The position numbers and the translations under genes are program-made. Under the pieces are notes generated by a model. That model was not told where the DNA came from, did not search any database, and saw only the letters and a list, made by a program, of their open reading frames with translations. Below are positions 18,474-27,787 of a stretch of 32,000 nt of DNA, in pieces; positions within the stretch are counted from its first letter, which is position 1; the number at the start of each line of letters is the position of its first letter. This stretch comes from Pelotomaculum terephthalicicum JT (GTDB lineage: Bacteria > Bacillota > Desulfotomaculia > Desulfotomaculales > Pelotomaculaceae): contig NZ_JAKNBL010000023.1 of the NCBI RefSeq assembly GCF_022410535.1, forward strand, positions 14,894-46,893, given 5' to 3'.

Positions 18474-18906
18474 TATTTTAATTCCTCCTTGGTTTCAGCA
18501 GCAAATAGAAATATTAATTACCATATAATCATAACTCAGAGTACAAGCGAAACCAAATTATATTATGGTCGGTATTTCATAACTATATATACAACACAAA
18601 ATCATCAATGTCAATAATATTATGATAACAAATTTAGTAATTATAAATATTCACATCTAAGCAACCTCATAAACAATATTAGCAATAATTACCATAGACT
18701 CAATTTATCCTTCTTTTAATATTAAAATCCTTTAAGACCATTTCAATAATCAAACATTAATGTATGAATATAGATACCTGACTACCACCTTTGGACAGCC
18801 GGATTTCATTATTTTTCTTCGTTTTTCTATGCTCCCCGTTAATATTACCTCCGCCGGCATTTTTCTGAAAGAAAGCCAACAGAATAATTCAGGAGGACTA
18901 TAACTT

Positions 18907-19810
18907 CTATCCTATAAATTGTGTCAATTCCTTGTTGAATTTATCTCGCTCCTCCCAGAACAATCCGTGACCGCTATATTCAAATGGCACAAGCTTTGAG
19001 TTTTTAATTCCTTTTTTTTTGTGCTTCAGCCAATGGGAACGGACAAATTTTGTCATGAATACCATGAAGAATTAAAGTAGGAACGCATATTTCCCCTAAA
19101 TCAGAAAACAGGTTTTCGTCTCTAAGCGAGACTGCGGTTGCTGCGGTGGACCAGCCTGCTGCCTGCATTCCCAATTGAAAGAACCAGTCTGAGAAAGGTC
19201 CCGTAACATACTGGAAGAAAAACATGTCTCCAAATTTCTGCAGCATATTAGGACGGTCATTATACGTATCCAGAATAAGCTTATTTACATCTTCTTTTGC
19301 TAAACCATAAGGGAAATCAGGACGTTTGGTAAAGCTGGGAGCAGCAGCGGCAAAAAGTGCAAGTTTGGATACCCCATACCCTTTGTGACGAGCCATGTAT
19401 CGAATGGCAATCGCTCCCCCCATGGAGTGGCCCCCGAGTGTGAAGTTTTGTAATTGAAGTGTTTCAACCACAAATCGAACATCGTCTGCCAATCGATCGT
19501 AGTCGTAACCTCTCCAAGGTTTATCTGAATTGCCGAATCCTCTGATATCCATTCCGATGCATCGATATCCCATATTGGGAAGCTGTTCAAACTGATATTC
19601 AAACAATCTATGGCTTGCCGGCCAACCATGTAAAAATAAGATCTGCTTTCCGCCCCCAGGGTTGAGATTTTCCACATAAATATTTACGTCTGGTTCTACT
19701 CTAATATAATATCCTCCCACACCGTTCCCTCCATCTAGTAAAGGTTTCTTCATAAGCAAATTATTCAATGCTAATAAATAGGTGATACCTATACTCTTTC
19801 TAAACTTCAA
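18907..19810 (-). pseudogene. Alpha/beta-hydrolase (haloperoxidase/esterase-like) with a frameshift in an A9 run
   Basis: HGWP, a GHSMGG nucleophile elbow, and LHGIHDKICP. The track ORF stops at 19004 just after ..AEAQKK. Removing one A from the A9 run (T9 at 19012-19020 on the plus strand) continues the frame as ..KKGIKNSKLVPFEYSGHGLFWEERDKFNKELTQFIG-stop (TAG 18907-18909), which restores the catalytic His region. Confidence 0.65.
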
Positions 19811-20009
19811 TAATCGTGGTGCTTGTGCCTACCATTTTTTCGCTTCCGCATACGTAAGCAATTTTGTCCCGCCAAATTGCAATATTAGCCGGATATATTT
19901 CACCGGATAGCACATTTACCAGCGAACCACCCTTAATATAATAATCAGCCTCCCGCCTACCGGCAGACACGTCCAACAACTTTTGGAGATCTCCAGCCGT
20001 TGATGCCAA
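19800..20009 (-). pseudogene. N-terminal remnant of an amidohydrolase (adenine-deaminase-like)
   Basis: ADYYIKGGSLVNVLSGEIYPANIAIWRDKIAYVCGS resembles the N-terminal beta segment of amidohydrolase-superfamily enzymes. The ORF ends after 69 aa, before any HxH metal motif. Confidence 0.4.
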
Positions 20010-20036
20010 AACTACACCTCCCTGCTGGAGATCCGT

Positions 20037-21701
20037 CTATCGCCCCAACCGCTCTATAACTATAGATTTATTTTTCGGATTTATCGATGCGCACATTTCG
20101 AATCCTTCATTGCCTTTAATATAAGTATTTTTGACCCATTGCTCTCCACCTTCATCAGGAAAGTCCTCACGGTAATGAGCACCCCGGCTTTCTTTTCTTA
20201 AGAGAGCCGTCAACGCTACTGCTTTTCCAACTAAAAGCATATTTTCGGTTTCCAGTTTATTAATTAATTCCTTGTAATCACTTGCCTTAGTATCAGAAAG
20301 CTTTACTTTCAGTTTTTCAATATCACTAACCAGTCCGGAGAGTTCTTCGCGAGTCCGGATTATTCCGGCCTTCTTCCACATCAGATGTTGTAACCTACTA
20401 CGCACTTCTTCCACTGAAAGCTGTTTTTTCCCTTCCGTATAAGATTCCAGATCTTTAATTGTTGATTGAAGGTTTTCAATACTGAAAACCTTTTTCTTGC
20501 GCCGGGTGTACTGAGCAGCGAGCCGGCCGGTGGTATCACCATAAACCCAGGCTTCGGTCAAGGCATTCCCACCCAACCGGTTGGCCCCGTGCACGCCACC
20601 GTTTACTTCACCTGCTGAATACAACCCCTCGATTCCCGTCTCTCCCCGCTCATTAACCAGTATGCCTCCCATAAAAAAATGGGCAACCGGGGCAACAAGG
20701 AAAAGCTTTTTTCTCTTCAAACCCCTGGGAATAAATTTTTGAAAACGCTTGATTTTATCCCCCGGGATGGTCGAAAGATCCATCCAGACTCCACCATTAA
20801 TCCCCCTGCCTTCTTTGATCTCTTTTGCAATAGCCAGGGTTAAGGCGTCCCTCGTCATAGCCGAAGGATCTTTCAAGCCATGCCGCAGGGCAATATTTTC
20901 CCCCAGGTTATTGAGTAACCTTGCGCCTCCCCGGTAGACTAAAATTTCGTATATAACCATCGTCTTGGCAAGGGAAGGTTCAAGCATAAAAGTAGGATAG
21001 TACTGAACAAACTCCATGTCTATCAACGGGATGCCTGAACGAAATGCCAACGCATAGCCATCGCCTGTTGTGCCGGGTGCATTGTTTGTTTGGGAATAGA
21101 TCTGTCCGGCCCCGCCAGTGGCAAGCACCGTGGCCTTGGACTGGATTAAAATAAGTCCTTGGCGGGCCGGATCTATAACCAGTGCGCCCGCGATGTCACT
21201 ATGTTTATTGCGGCAAAGGTGAACAACAAATACGCCGGCCAGAAAATTAACACCCAAATTTTTTGCGAAGTTAAACAATGGAAGCGTAAAATCTGTTCCA
21301 AAACTTTTTTCTGTGACTACATTTCTGGCTACAGAGTGACCGGGTAACGAAACGATCCTTAATTTACCGTTATCCTTTTTTTGCAGCGGCACACCGTAAC
21401 TCAATAAATTCTCCACCTGTTCTTGTGCGCCCAAAGTCATAGTACTGACCATTTCAGGCCGGTTAATCCATCTGCCTGCAACAAGTGTATCTGACAGATG
21501 CTGCTCAGGTGTATCACGTTCATCGGTAGATGCGGAAAAAGAACCGTCCGAAATAGCGGTGTTGTTTGCGCGTCCCGGACGGCTTTTACTAATCAGCAAA
21601 ACTTCAGCGCCTTCTTTTCTAGATGAAATGGCGGCGCATAAACCCGCACCGCCGCCGCCTATAACCAGAACGTCCGTATTTATAATCTCTAAAACCTCCA
21701 T
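20037..21701 (-). CDS. FAD-dependent oxidoreductase of the succinate dehydrogenase/fumarate reductase/L-aspartate oxidase flavoprotein family
   Basis: 554 aa. Contains DVLVIGGGGAGLCAAI, GLYSAGEV.GGVHGANRLGGNAL and ESRGAHYREDFP. Confidence 0.8.
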   Translation of the reverse strand: MEVLEIINTDVLVIGGGGAGLCAAISSRKEGAEVLLISKSRPGRANNTAISDGSFSASTDERDTPEQHLSDTLVAGRWINRPEMVSTMTLGAQEQVENLLSYGVPLQKKDNGKLRIVSLPGHSVARNVVTEKSFGTDFTLPLFNFAKNLGVNFLAGVFVVHLCRNKHSDIAGALVIDPARQGLILIQSKATVLATGGAGQIYSQTNNAPGTTGDGYALAFRSGIPLIDMEFVQYYPTFMLEPSLAKTMVIYEILVYRGGARLLNNLGENIALRHGLKDPSAMTRDALTLAIAKEIKEGRGINGGVWMDLSTIPGDKIKRFQKFIPRGLKRKKLFLVAPVAHFFMGGILVNERGETGIEGLYSAGEVNGGVHGANRLGGNALTEAWVYGDTTGRLAAQYTRRKKKVFSIENLQSTIKDLESYTEGKKQLSVEEVRSRLQHLMWKKAGIIRTREELSGLVSDIEKLKVKLSDTKASDYKELINKLETENMLLVGKAVALTALLRKESRGAHYREDFPDEGGEQWVKNTYIKGNEGFEMCASINPKNKSIVIERLGR

Positions 21702-21730
21702 GTCTTTACACCTCTTTTCTTTAAAATCTT

Positions 21731-22258
21731 TTATTCCACTTGTTCCATTCCATCCTGCAGATATTTTTTCGCAAGATCAACATAGAGTTGCTTACCCCAT
21801 AGCCAAAATTCCCGGTCCCTAGCTTCTACGTCCCGTACAATATTAGCCGGATTACCTGCCACCACAACCCCGCCGGGAATAATTTGACGGTTTTTCACCA
21901 CGCTTCCTTCGGCAACAATAGTCCATGAGCCGATTCTGGCATGCAGGCTTAGAATTGCTCCCATTCCAATTACTGCATAATCTTCAATATCTTCCGCATG
22001 GACTATTGCACCGTGTCCAATAGTTACATTTTCCCCAATATGGCATTTACCACCAGTAAATGCATGAATAATTACACCGTCTTCAATAGCTGTACCCGAA
22101 CCCACTTCAATAGTACCATGATCACCCCTGAGTATAGCTCCAGGGCCTATATAGCAACAATCACCGATTTTAACATCACCAATAAGCATAGTAGTTTCAC
22201 CTATGTAACTTTTTGCGCTTACTATCGGCATTCGCCCGGCAAAACGGTATAAAGCCAT
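21731..22258 (-). CDS. Gamma-carbonic-anhydrase-like / PaaY-CaiE hexapeptide-repeat protein
   Basis: 175 aa of left-handed beta-helix repeats. His positions ..IIHAF.. and ..IGHGAIVHA.. have the spacing of gamma-CA zinc ligands. Confidence 0.75.
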   Translation of the reverse strand: MALYRFAGRMPIVSAKSYIGETTMLIGDVKIGDCCYIGPGAILRGDHGTIEVGSGTAIEDGVIIHAFTGGKCHIGENVTIGHGAIVHAEDIEDYAVIGMGAILSLHARIGSWTIVAEGSVVKNRQIIPGGVVVAGNPANIVRDVEARDREFWLWGKQLYVDLAKKYLQDGMEQVE

Positions 22259-22317
22259 AAATTAACCCCCCGGCTAAATGAAGCTTATTCTTAAAGCTCT
22301 TCACTATAATACTCTTC

Positions 22318-22944
22318 TCAAGAACGAGCCACCTGACCCATTTCATTAAACTTCACCGGATGCGAGTCAACCAGAGCAACCTCACCCCACCGGCGGGTCA
22401 GGTTATGCGGTAAGCCAAACTGGTCCATCACTCGCCCGACCAGATGATTAACCAAATCGTCGATGGTAGCCGGGTGGTTGTAGAAAGCAGGCATGGGCGG
22501 GACCAGATGCGCCCCCGCCCTGTTTACTGCAAGCATATTTTCAAGATGGATCACATTTAAAGGAGTCTCCCGTGGAACCAAAATAAGCTTCTTTCGTTCT
22601 TTCAACATCACGTCGGCAGCACGGATAATAAGGTTTTCAGCCAGTCCGTGGGCTATTGCCGCCAGTGTTTTCATGCTGCAGGGGATAACAGCCATACCGC
22701 TGGTTTGGAAAGAACCGCTGGCAACCGCTGCTCCCACATTACGCAGCTCATGGCAGAAATTGGCCTTTCTGCGCACCGCCTCAACATCGTAATTTGTCTC
22801 TAAAGCAATTGTTTTTTCAGCCCAACTGCTCAAGATAAGATGAGTTTCTACACCCGTACATTCCTGTAAAGCCTCAAGCAGCCGAACACCGTAAATTGCT
22901 CCGGTAGCCCCCGTGATAGCGACTATAATTCGCTGAACATTCAT
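22318..22944 (-). CDS. ubiX: UbiX-type flavin prenyltransferase (prFMN synthase)
   Basis: RIIVAITGATGAIYGVRLLEAL.., IPCSMKTLAAIAHG. I prefer ATG 22944 (GGAGGG 7 nt upstream) to the track start at 22977. Confidence 0.85.
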   Translation of the reverse strand: MNVQRIIVAITGATGAIYGVRLLEALQECTGVETHLILSSWAEKTIALETNYDVEAVRRKANFCHELRNVGAAVASGSFQTSGMAVIPCSMKTLAAIAHGLAENLIIRAADVMLKERKKLILVPRETPLNVIHLENMLAVNRAGAHLVPPMPAFYNHPATIDDLVNHLVGRVMDQFGLPHNLTRRWGEVALVDSHPVKFNEMGQVARS

Positions 22945-23015
22945 GTTTGCACCCTCCTGCTCATATCGTTTAATCATTCTTGTGACATAGCCTAAAAAAC
23001 CTAAAACCTGTTAAC

Positions 23016-24281
23016 TTAGCCACGGGAACTGGCTATTCCATCCGCTTCGACAATGGGATGAAGAAAAGACTTTACGTTTTCCCTCTCAAAAATTAATGAG
23101 ACGATTATACCAACCAGTAATGACCATACCGGAGAGCTGATATTGTAGATTGAAAAATTGGAGTAGGCAACGATAAACGCGAAAAAGGCTCCCATTTGAA
23201 ATTTATTCTTGCTACTAAAAGCTACTTCAAACGCAGTGATAAATAAGCTTACCATTGCCAGCCCCGCTAAAACGTTGGCAACAGTTGCAGGCAAAGACCT
23301 TAAAAAAGGTACTAACAATCCGCTTATAAATGCAACAAAAACTTGAATAATCCCTTTTAAAAATCCCGCGACCCACCTGTAGTCCTTCGGCCCGGCATCA
23401 TCACAAGAGGTTATCGCAGTTACCGGGCCGGCAACTGTAATACTGTGCGCCAGGAAAAAAGCGCCTATTGTTGAGCAAATACCGGTAGACGTAATCATCG
23501 CATTAACAGGCGCATCAAATTTATTGGCTGTTAGAATCCCGTAACCTTTCAAAAAGTCAGCAAGCCCCAGCAATACCAGTGGTACGCCTATGGATAATAT
23601 TGCGGCAAAGCCAAAGTCGGGTTTTATTAAAAGAGGAGCATAAAATAGATCACCCATTGCCATCTTCGACTTCATGAGGTATATGCTAACAATTACGCCA
23701 ACTACCAGCGCGATCGCCTGAGGCGGGATCTTCTTTGTAAAAAGTCGGCTTACAAAAAACGCTAATAATGTTATTCCAGCGCCTATATAATCCTTTTGAA
23801 CCGATGTAACAATTCCCATTGCGTAACTAAACAAAGCCCCCGCAATCATTCCCATAATGATTGGTAAAGGCAAATATTTAACTACAGTTTTAATTAAACC
23901 GGTAACGCCAAGAAAAAGTAATATCAGCCCTCCAAAAATATACCCCCCGACCATTTGGTTCAATGAAAAAACTTTCATGAGACTGCCTATTACAATGATG
24001 CCAGGCAAAGAAAAGGCAATGGCTATGGGCTGCTGGTAATAAAGAGAAAAAAAAACCATTAACGCACCGCTGATAAAATAAATAGACATAAGCCATGTAA
24101 CAGTCTGTTGGTCAGTTAAATGGGCTTCATTAGCAATATTGATTAATAATATGATCGGCCCGCTCAAGCTAAAAACTGTTGCGATTAAGGCTGCGGTGAC
24201 ATTATTGATATTAAAACTATGCGGCAGGGCTTTTAAGGATTCTCTAATCCCCGGGCCCCGTTCTAGTAAACCCTTAGACAC
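23016..24281 (-). CDS. benE: BenE-family benzoate/aromatic-acid membrane transporter
   Basis: 421-aa polytopic membrane protein. The segment ..GPVTAITSCDDAGPKDYRWVAG.. parallels the conserved ..ICQSPEAHPDKDQRW.. region of E. coli YdcO/BenE as I recall it. GTG start with a GGAGGG SD. Confidence 0.65.
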   Translation of the reverse strand: MSKGLLERGPGIRESLKALPHSFNINNVTAALIATVFSLSGPIILLINIANEAHLTDQQTVTWLMSIYFISGALMVFFSLYYQQPIAIAFSLPGIIVIGSLMKVFSLNQMVGGYIFGGLILLFLGVTGLIKTVVKYLPLPIIMGMIAGALFSYAMGIVTSVQKDYIGAGITLLAFFVSRLFTKKIPPQAIALVVGVIVSIYLMKSKMAMGDLFYAPLLIKPDFGFAAILSIGVPLVLLGLADFLKGYGILTANKFDAPVNAMITSTGICSTIGAFFLAHSITVAGPVTAITSCDDAGPKDYRWVAGFLKGIIQVFVAFISGLLVPFLRSLPATVANVLAGLAMVSLFITAFEVAFSSKNKFQMGAFFAFIVAYSNFSIYNISSPVWSLLVGIIVSLIFERENVKSFLHPIVEADGIASSRG

Positions 24282-24334
24282 GCAAAACCCTCCTATCTTT
24301 TATAGAACTATCCACCTTTGGGAAATTCCCAATT

Positions 24335-24371
24335 AAAAAAAATTGGGGGGGCGGTTCTTTTAACACCCCCC
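24335..24371 (-). terminator. Strong rho-independent terminator between the CoA ligase gene and benE
   Basis: RNA GGGGGGUG-UUAAAAGAAC-CGCCCCCC (8-bp stem with one G-U pair) followed by CAAUUUUUUUUAAUU (U8). Confidence 0.75.
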
Positions 24372-24473
24372 ATGGGAGATCTCAGGGGACGGTGCTATAT
24401 AGCCCCCTTCCGGAATTTTCGTGCCAAATTTTTATCTGTAGCTTGTTAGCAGGTATAATTTTTTGAGATTTGA

Positions 24474-25787
24474 CTATCCCGCGCTACTCGACCGCTTACT
24501 CCGCTCGTCGATAAATCTTTTGCCTTTATAATCTGAACGCGCGAGTGTCCCCTTGGGCACTGTCTGTATATCAACCCGCAAGTTAAGGCGTTTTTTTAAT
24601 TCGGTGGCAATGAGCTCACTTACATCTTTTGACGAGGGAGTCATCTCGATTTGTATTTTTAATTCATCCATGTCACCCCGGCGGTAAGCGGTAATCTGAT
24701 ATTCGTTTCCCAGTTCCAGAAACTCTTCCACGATATTCCCCATAGTGCTCGGGAAGACGTTTACCCCCCGGATAATCAGCATTTCATCCTGTCTCCCCAG
24801 GACCCCTCCGATTAATTTGCCGAAGGTCCGGCCACAAGCGCAAGACGATTTTTCCAAGCGCACCAGATCATTGGTCCGGTAACGGATGGCCGGGCTGCAC
24901 GTGCGCCCCAGATTCGTGAGCACCAGTTCGCCGGTCTCACCGTCCGCAACGCTTCTCCCGGTCTTTGGATCCAAAACTTCCACGATAAACTCGCTCTCAA
25001 TAATGTGCAGAGCCTGGTTATCATGTTCGCACATAAAAGCATAGGTGCCGGTCTCGGTTAATCCCGGGTACTCAAATACTCTCGCACCCCAGGCTTTTTC
25101 GAGTTTTTCCCGCACGGACGGAATCATTGCTCCCGGCTCCCCGGCCAGGATAAGCACCCGGATGGCTGAATTAGCCAGGTCAATACCTTCTTCCTGGGCC
25201 GCCTCGGCCAGGCGCAGCATATAAGTAGGTGTACCGATGATTAAGGTGGCCTGGTTTTCGACTATGCTGTTCAAACGCTGCTCGGTGGTCCACCCCCCGG
25301 TGGGAATTGTCAATACATCCAAGTGCTGCGCCGCTTCGTATACACCCCAGAAAGCGGTATAAGGGCCAAAGTTAAATGGCAATAACAGGACATCCTTGTT
25401 TGTAACACCTGCCGCTGCCAGTGAATGGGCCATGCAACGCGCCCGCCAGGCCCAGCTGTCTTTCGTATCGAGCCATTTTAAGGGTTTGCCTGTGGTGCCG
25501 GTAGTCTGGTGGAACTGGACATAGTTTTCGAACGGTTCCGTTAAGTTTGTCCCGAAAACGGGATGCTCTTCCTGATCCTTCTGGAAGTCTTTTTTGTTCG
25601 TAAACGGCAGCTTTGTTATGTCGTTAAGATCTTGGATGTCTTCAAGCGCTACCCCGTGTTTCTTAAACCTATCCTGGTAAAACCGGTTGCCCTGGTATAC
25701 CTTCTCCAGCATGTCCCGTAGTCTTTGCCATTGGATGTCCCGTATTTTTTCACGAGGAACTGTTTCAATTGCCGGATCGTAAAACAT
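24474..25787 (-). CDS. PaaK-type (phenylacetate-CoA-ligase family) aryl-CoA ligase
   Basis: 437 aa. The N-terminus MFYDPAIETVPREKIRDIQWQRLRDMLEKVY is PaaK-like. HQTTGTTGKP is the AMP-binding loop. GGTGGGAGG SD. Confidence 0.85.
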   Translation of the reverse strand: MFYDPAIETVPREKIRDIQWQRLRDMLEKVYQGNRFYQDRFKKHGVALEDIQDLNDITKLPFTNKKDFQKDQEEHPVFGTNLTEPFENYVQFHQTTGTTGKPLKWLDTKDSWAWRARCMAHSLAAAGVTNKDVLLLPFNFGPYTAFWGVYEAAQHLDVLTIPTGGWTTEQRLNSIVENQATLIIGTPTYMLRLAEAAQEEGIDLANSAIRVLILAGEPGAMIPSVREKLEKAWGARVFEYPGLTETGTYAFMCEHDNQALHIIESEFIVEVLDPKTGRSVADGETGELVLTNLGRTCSPAIRYRTNDLVRLEKSSCACGRTFGKLIGGVLGRQDEMLIIRGVNVFPSTMGNIVEEFLELGNEYQITAYRRGDMDELKIQIEMTPSSKDVSELIATELKKRLNLRVDIQTVPKGTLARSDYKGKRFIDERSKRSSSAG

Positions 25788-25818
25788 TACCTCCCACCTT
25801 TCTCGGAGTATAAACCGT

Positions 25819-26109
25819 TTACTTGTTCATGACGCTAAATACGTCGGTATAAGGACGACCTTTTACATAGTCAGGCAGTTCTTTCAAAATTTTAATCGCC
25901 CATGGTTTCGGATCAAGCACACCCATTTCTGAACGTACCCAGAGAGTGTCCGCTCCCGGCAAATTCTCGGCCGAGCGGGCTACTAAAGCTCTAACCTGCT
26001 TGGTATCGTATTTTCTCGGACCCGGTGTCAGGTCCTTAATAAATATGTCGCGCTCACCTTCATAAAGATCCGCATACTTACGAACATAGGTAAGATATTC
26101 TTTTGGCAT
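25819..26109 (-). CDS. Hypothetical 96-aa protein between ubiD and the ligase
   Basis: AAGGAGG SD 9 nt upstream of the ATG. No Cys, no TM segment, no family I recognise. Tightly packed in the operon. Confidence 0.6.
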   Translation of the reverse strand: MPKEYLTYVRKYADLYEGERDIFIKDLTPGPRKYDTKQVRALVARSAENLPGADTLWVRSEMGVLDPKPWAIKILKELPDYVKGRPYTDVFSVMNK

Positions 26110-26161
26110 ATAAATCTCTGCCTCCTTAAATTCATTTATTAATCAAAAAGTGTCCGGATTT

Positions 26162-27589
26162 CTAAAACCCGTATTCATGCCATTTGGCCAGCACTTTATC
26201 CTGCGTTTCCTGCGAGTAAATCTCTTTGAAAGTAGCCCTCGGCGGGATGTTTTCTTTCGGCCATTCCAACGGCCAGGTAGCGTCAAAGGCCGCGAACGCT
26301 CCCTTGAGGATGCGCCGTTCTTCCGCATCGTAACAGGGAGTGAGGGCATTGGACTTCCCTACAAAGTGCTCCACGACGATACTCCGTCCCGGGTGACACT
26401 TGGTGGCAAAAGCATGTATCCACTGTTTCATGTCAAAGACATCCACATCTTTGTCTACCACGATGACTTTGGAAACCATTACCCGCCGCGCGATAAAGAA
26501 GTCAAGCACTTTCTTGGTTACTTCGATCCCGCCTGTCCTCACGCCGACAATAACCAGGTGAGTGACTCCTTCAGGCGGCACGTATACATCTGTTACGTCG
26601 ATGCCACGCCTTTGCAGCCCTAATTTCATTCCCACGGCCGCAGTCAGAGAGGCAGCAATTGAACTGTCATCAACCGGGGCGCCCAGGGCGGTCATTGATA
26701 AAATGGGGTTATTCCGGTGTGTGATCGCTTTGATCCGGAAAGCCACGCCTTCTGCCATGGTACCGCTCCGGAAGCCCGGGTATTCTCCAAAGGGACCATC
26801 CGGTACAATGGCGTCTGTGGGAATTTCTCCTTCAATAATGATTTCCGCATTGGCCGGCACCATGATTTCACTTGTCTCGCACTTAACGAGATCGACCGGC
26901 TCTCCTCTTAAAGATCCGGCCACCTCAGCCTCATTTACTCCAGGCCGCATAGGCGCGGTAGCCACCATGTGATCGAGAGGATGTGAGCCAATCACTAAAG
27001 CTACAGGCATAGGCTGATTCTTGGGCACGTATTTCTCGTTCAGCATCATGGCAAACTGGCTGGTGGTCTGGGGCCATCCGGCAAGAAAATTCTGATTGTG
27101 GATCATGAAGCGGTACATGCCCCAGTTCGTCCAGTTTGTTTCCGGGTCCTTGGTTATCACGGCGTCCCAGGTACCGATATAGCGCCCGCCATCTCCCTCG
27201 TGAATAAGGGGGGCCGGCAGCCTATAGATGTCTGCTTGTTCCCCGATGAAGACATTTTCCTTACAGGGAGCCGCTTTACGATCAACGATATTGGGTTGAA
27301 CCCGTCCTTCTATCCGCTTCTCATATTCCTCGTAAATCTCCCGCAACGGCGTGTTTGCATCCAATCCCATGGCAATGGCCACCCGCCGCCAAGTGCCACA
27401 CTCACCGTTAATAACGGTGTATCCCTGTGGATAATCTTTGATCTTCTCAAACCAAAGGCACGGGCCGTATTGGTCGTATACCCGGCGGCTGATCGCTCCT
27501 AGCTCAATATCCCAATCCACTTCCTTTTTGATCCGCACTAATTCCTCATTTTGCTCAAGCTGTCCGATAAAATGCCTCAAATCTTTCAT
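26162..27589 (-). CDS. UbiD-family prFMN-dependent (de)carboxylase
   Basis: 475 aa. The N-terminus MKDLRHFIGQLEQNEELVRIKKEVDWDIELGAISRRV is typical of UbiD. GGAGGGG SD. ubiX lies in the same gene string. Confidence 0.85.
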   Translation of the reverse strand: MKDLRHFIGQLEQNEELVRIKKEVDWDIELGAISRRVYDQYGPCLWFEKIKDYPQGYTVINGECGTWRRVAIAMGLDANTPLREIYEEYEKRIEGRVQPNIVDRKAAPCKENVFIGEQADIYRLPAPLIHEGDGGRYIGTWDAVITKDPETNWTNWGMYRFMIHNQNFLAGWPQTTSQFAMMLNEKYVPKNQPMPVALVIGSHPLDHMVATAPMRPGVNEAEVAGSLRGEPVDLVKCETSEIMVPANAEIIIEGEIPTDAIVPDGPFGEYPGFRSGTMAEGVAFRIKAITHRNNPILSMTALGAPVDDSSIAASLTAAVGMKLGLQRRGIDVTDVYVPPEGVTHLVIVGVRTGGIEVTKKVLDFFIARRVMVSKVIVVDKDVDVFDMKQWIHAFATKCHPGRSIVVEHFVGKSNALTPCYDAEERRILKGAFAAFDATWPLEWPKENIPPRATFKEIYSQETQDKVLAKWHEYGF

Positions 27590-27676
27590 TGGTTCATCCC
27601 CTCCATGCCTTATTTTTGCTATTAGACTTTCTTCGGCTCCGCGGTTGCCTTAAAAGTAAAAGCTGATTATATTACC

Positions 27677-27692
27677 AGCAATTTATATACCA
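27677..27692 (-). promoter_or_regulatory. Sigma-54 (-24/-12) promoter of the ubiD operon
   Basis: The minus strand reads TGGTAT-ATAAA-TTGCT (consensus TGGCAC-N5-TTGCW), about 88 nt upstream of ATG 27589. Confidence 0.75.
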
Positions 27693-27760
27693 AGTCCTAT
27701 TCCCAATAAATCCACCGTTTTGTGACGTTCTTCTATCATTAGACTTGCAGAATTTAAAAG

Positions 27761-27787
27761 GGTTGGTTTCTGTTGAGAGAACCAACC
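27761..27787. promoter_or_regulatory. Inverted repeat GGTTGGTT-N11-AACCAACC: candidate enhancer (UAS) for the sigma-54 activator, or alternatively the terminator of the upstream gene
   Basis: Perfect 8-bp arms, centred about 85 bp upstream of the -24 element. As RNA on the minus strand it is followed by CUUUUAAAUU. Confidence 0.5.

Noticed and set aside
19300-19677. 125-aa off-frame ORF inside the hydrolase gene, and the 23890-24096 and 24812-25042 ORFs inside benE and the ligase
   Set aside because: They are alternative frames of well-supported genes on the same strand, with no SD and an implausible composition.
24412-24426. TGGCAC-N5-TTCC as a third sigma-54 promoter, for benE
   Set aside because: The near-invariant GC of the -12 element is CC. 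There is no copy of the GGTTGGTT inverted repeat or the conserved block upstream, and a strong terminator lies between it and benE. It is reported only as part of the intergenic puzzle.
26150-27653. Plus-strand ORFs 26150-26623, 26562-26972, 26717-26911, 27098-27502 and 27438-27653
   Set aside because: They are antisense to the UbiD gene, with no independent support.
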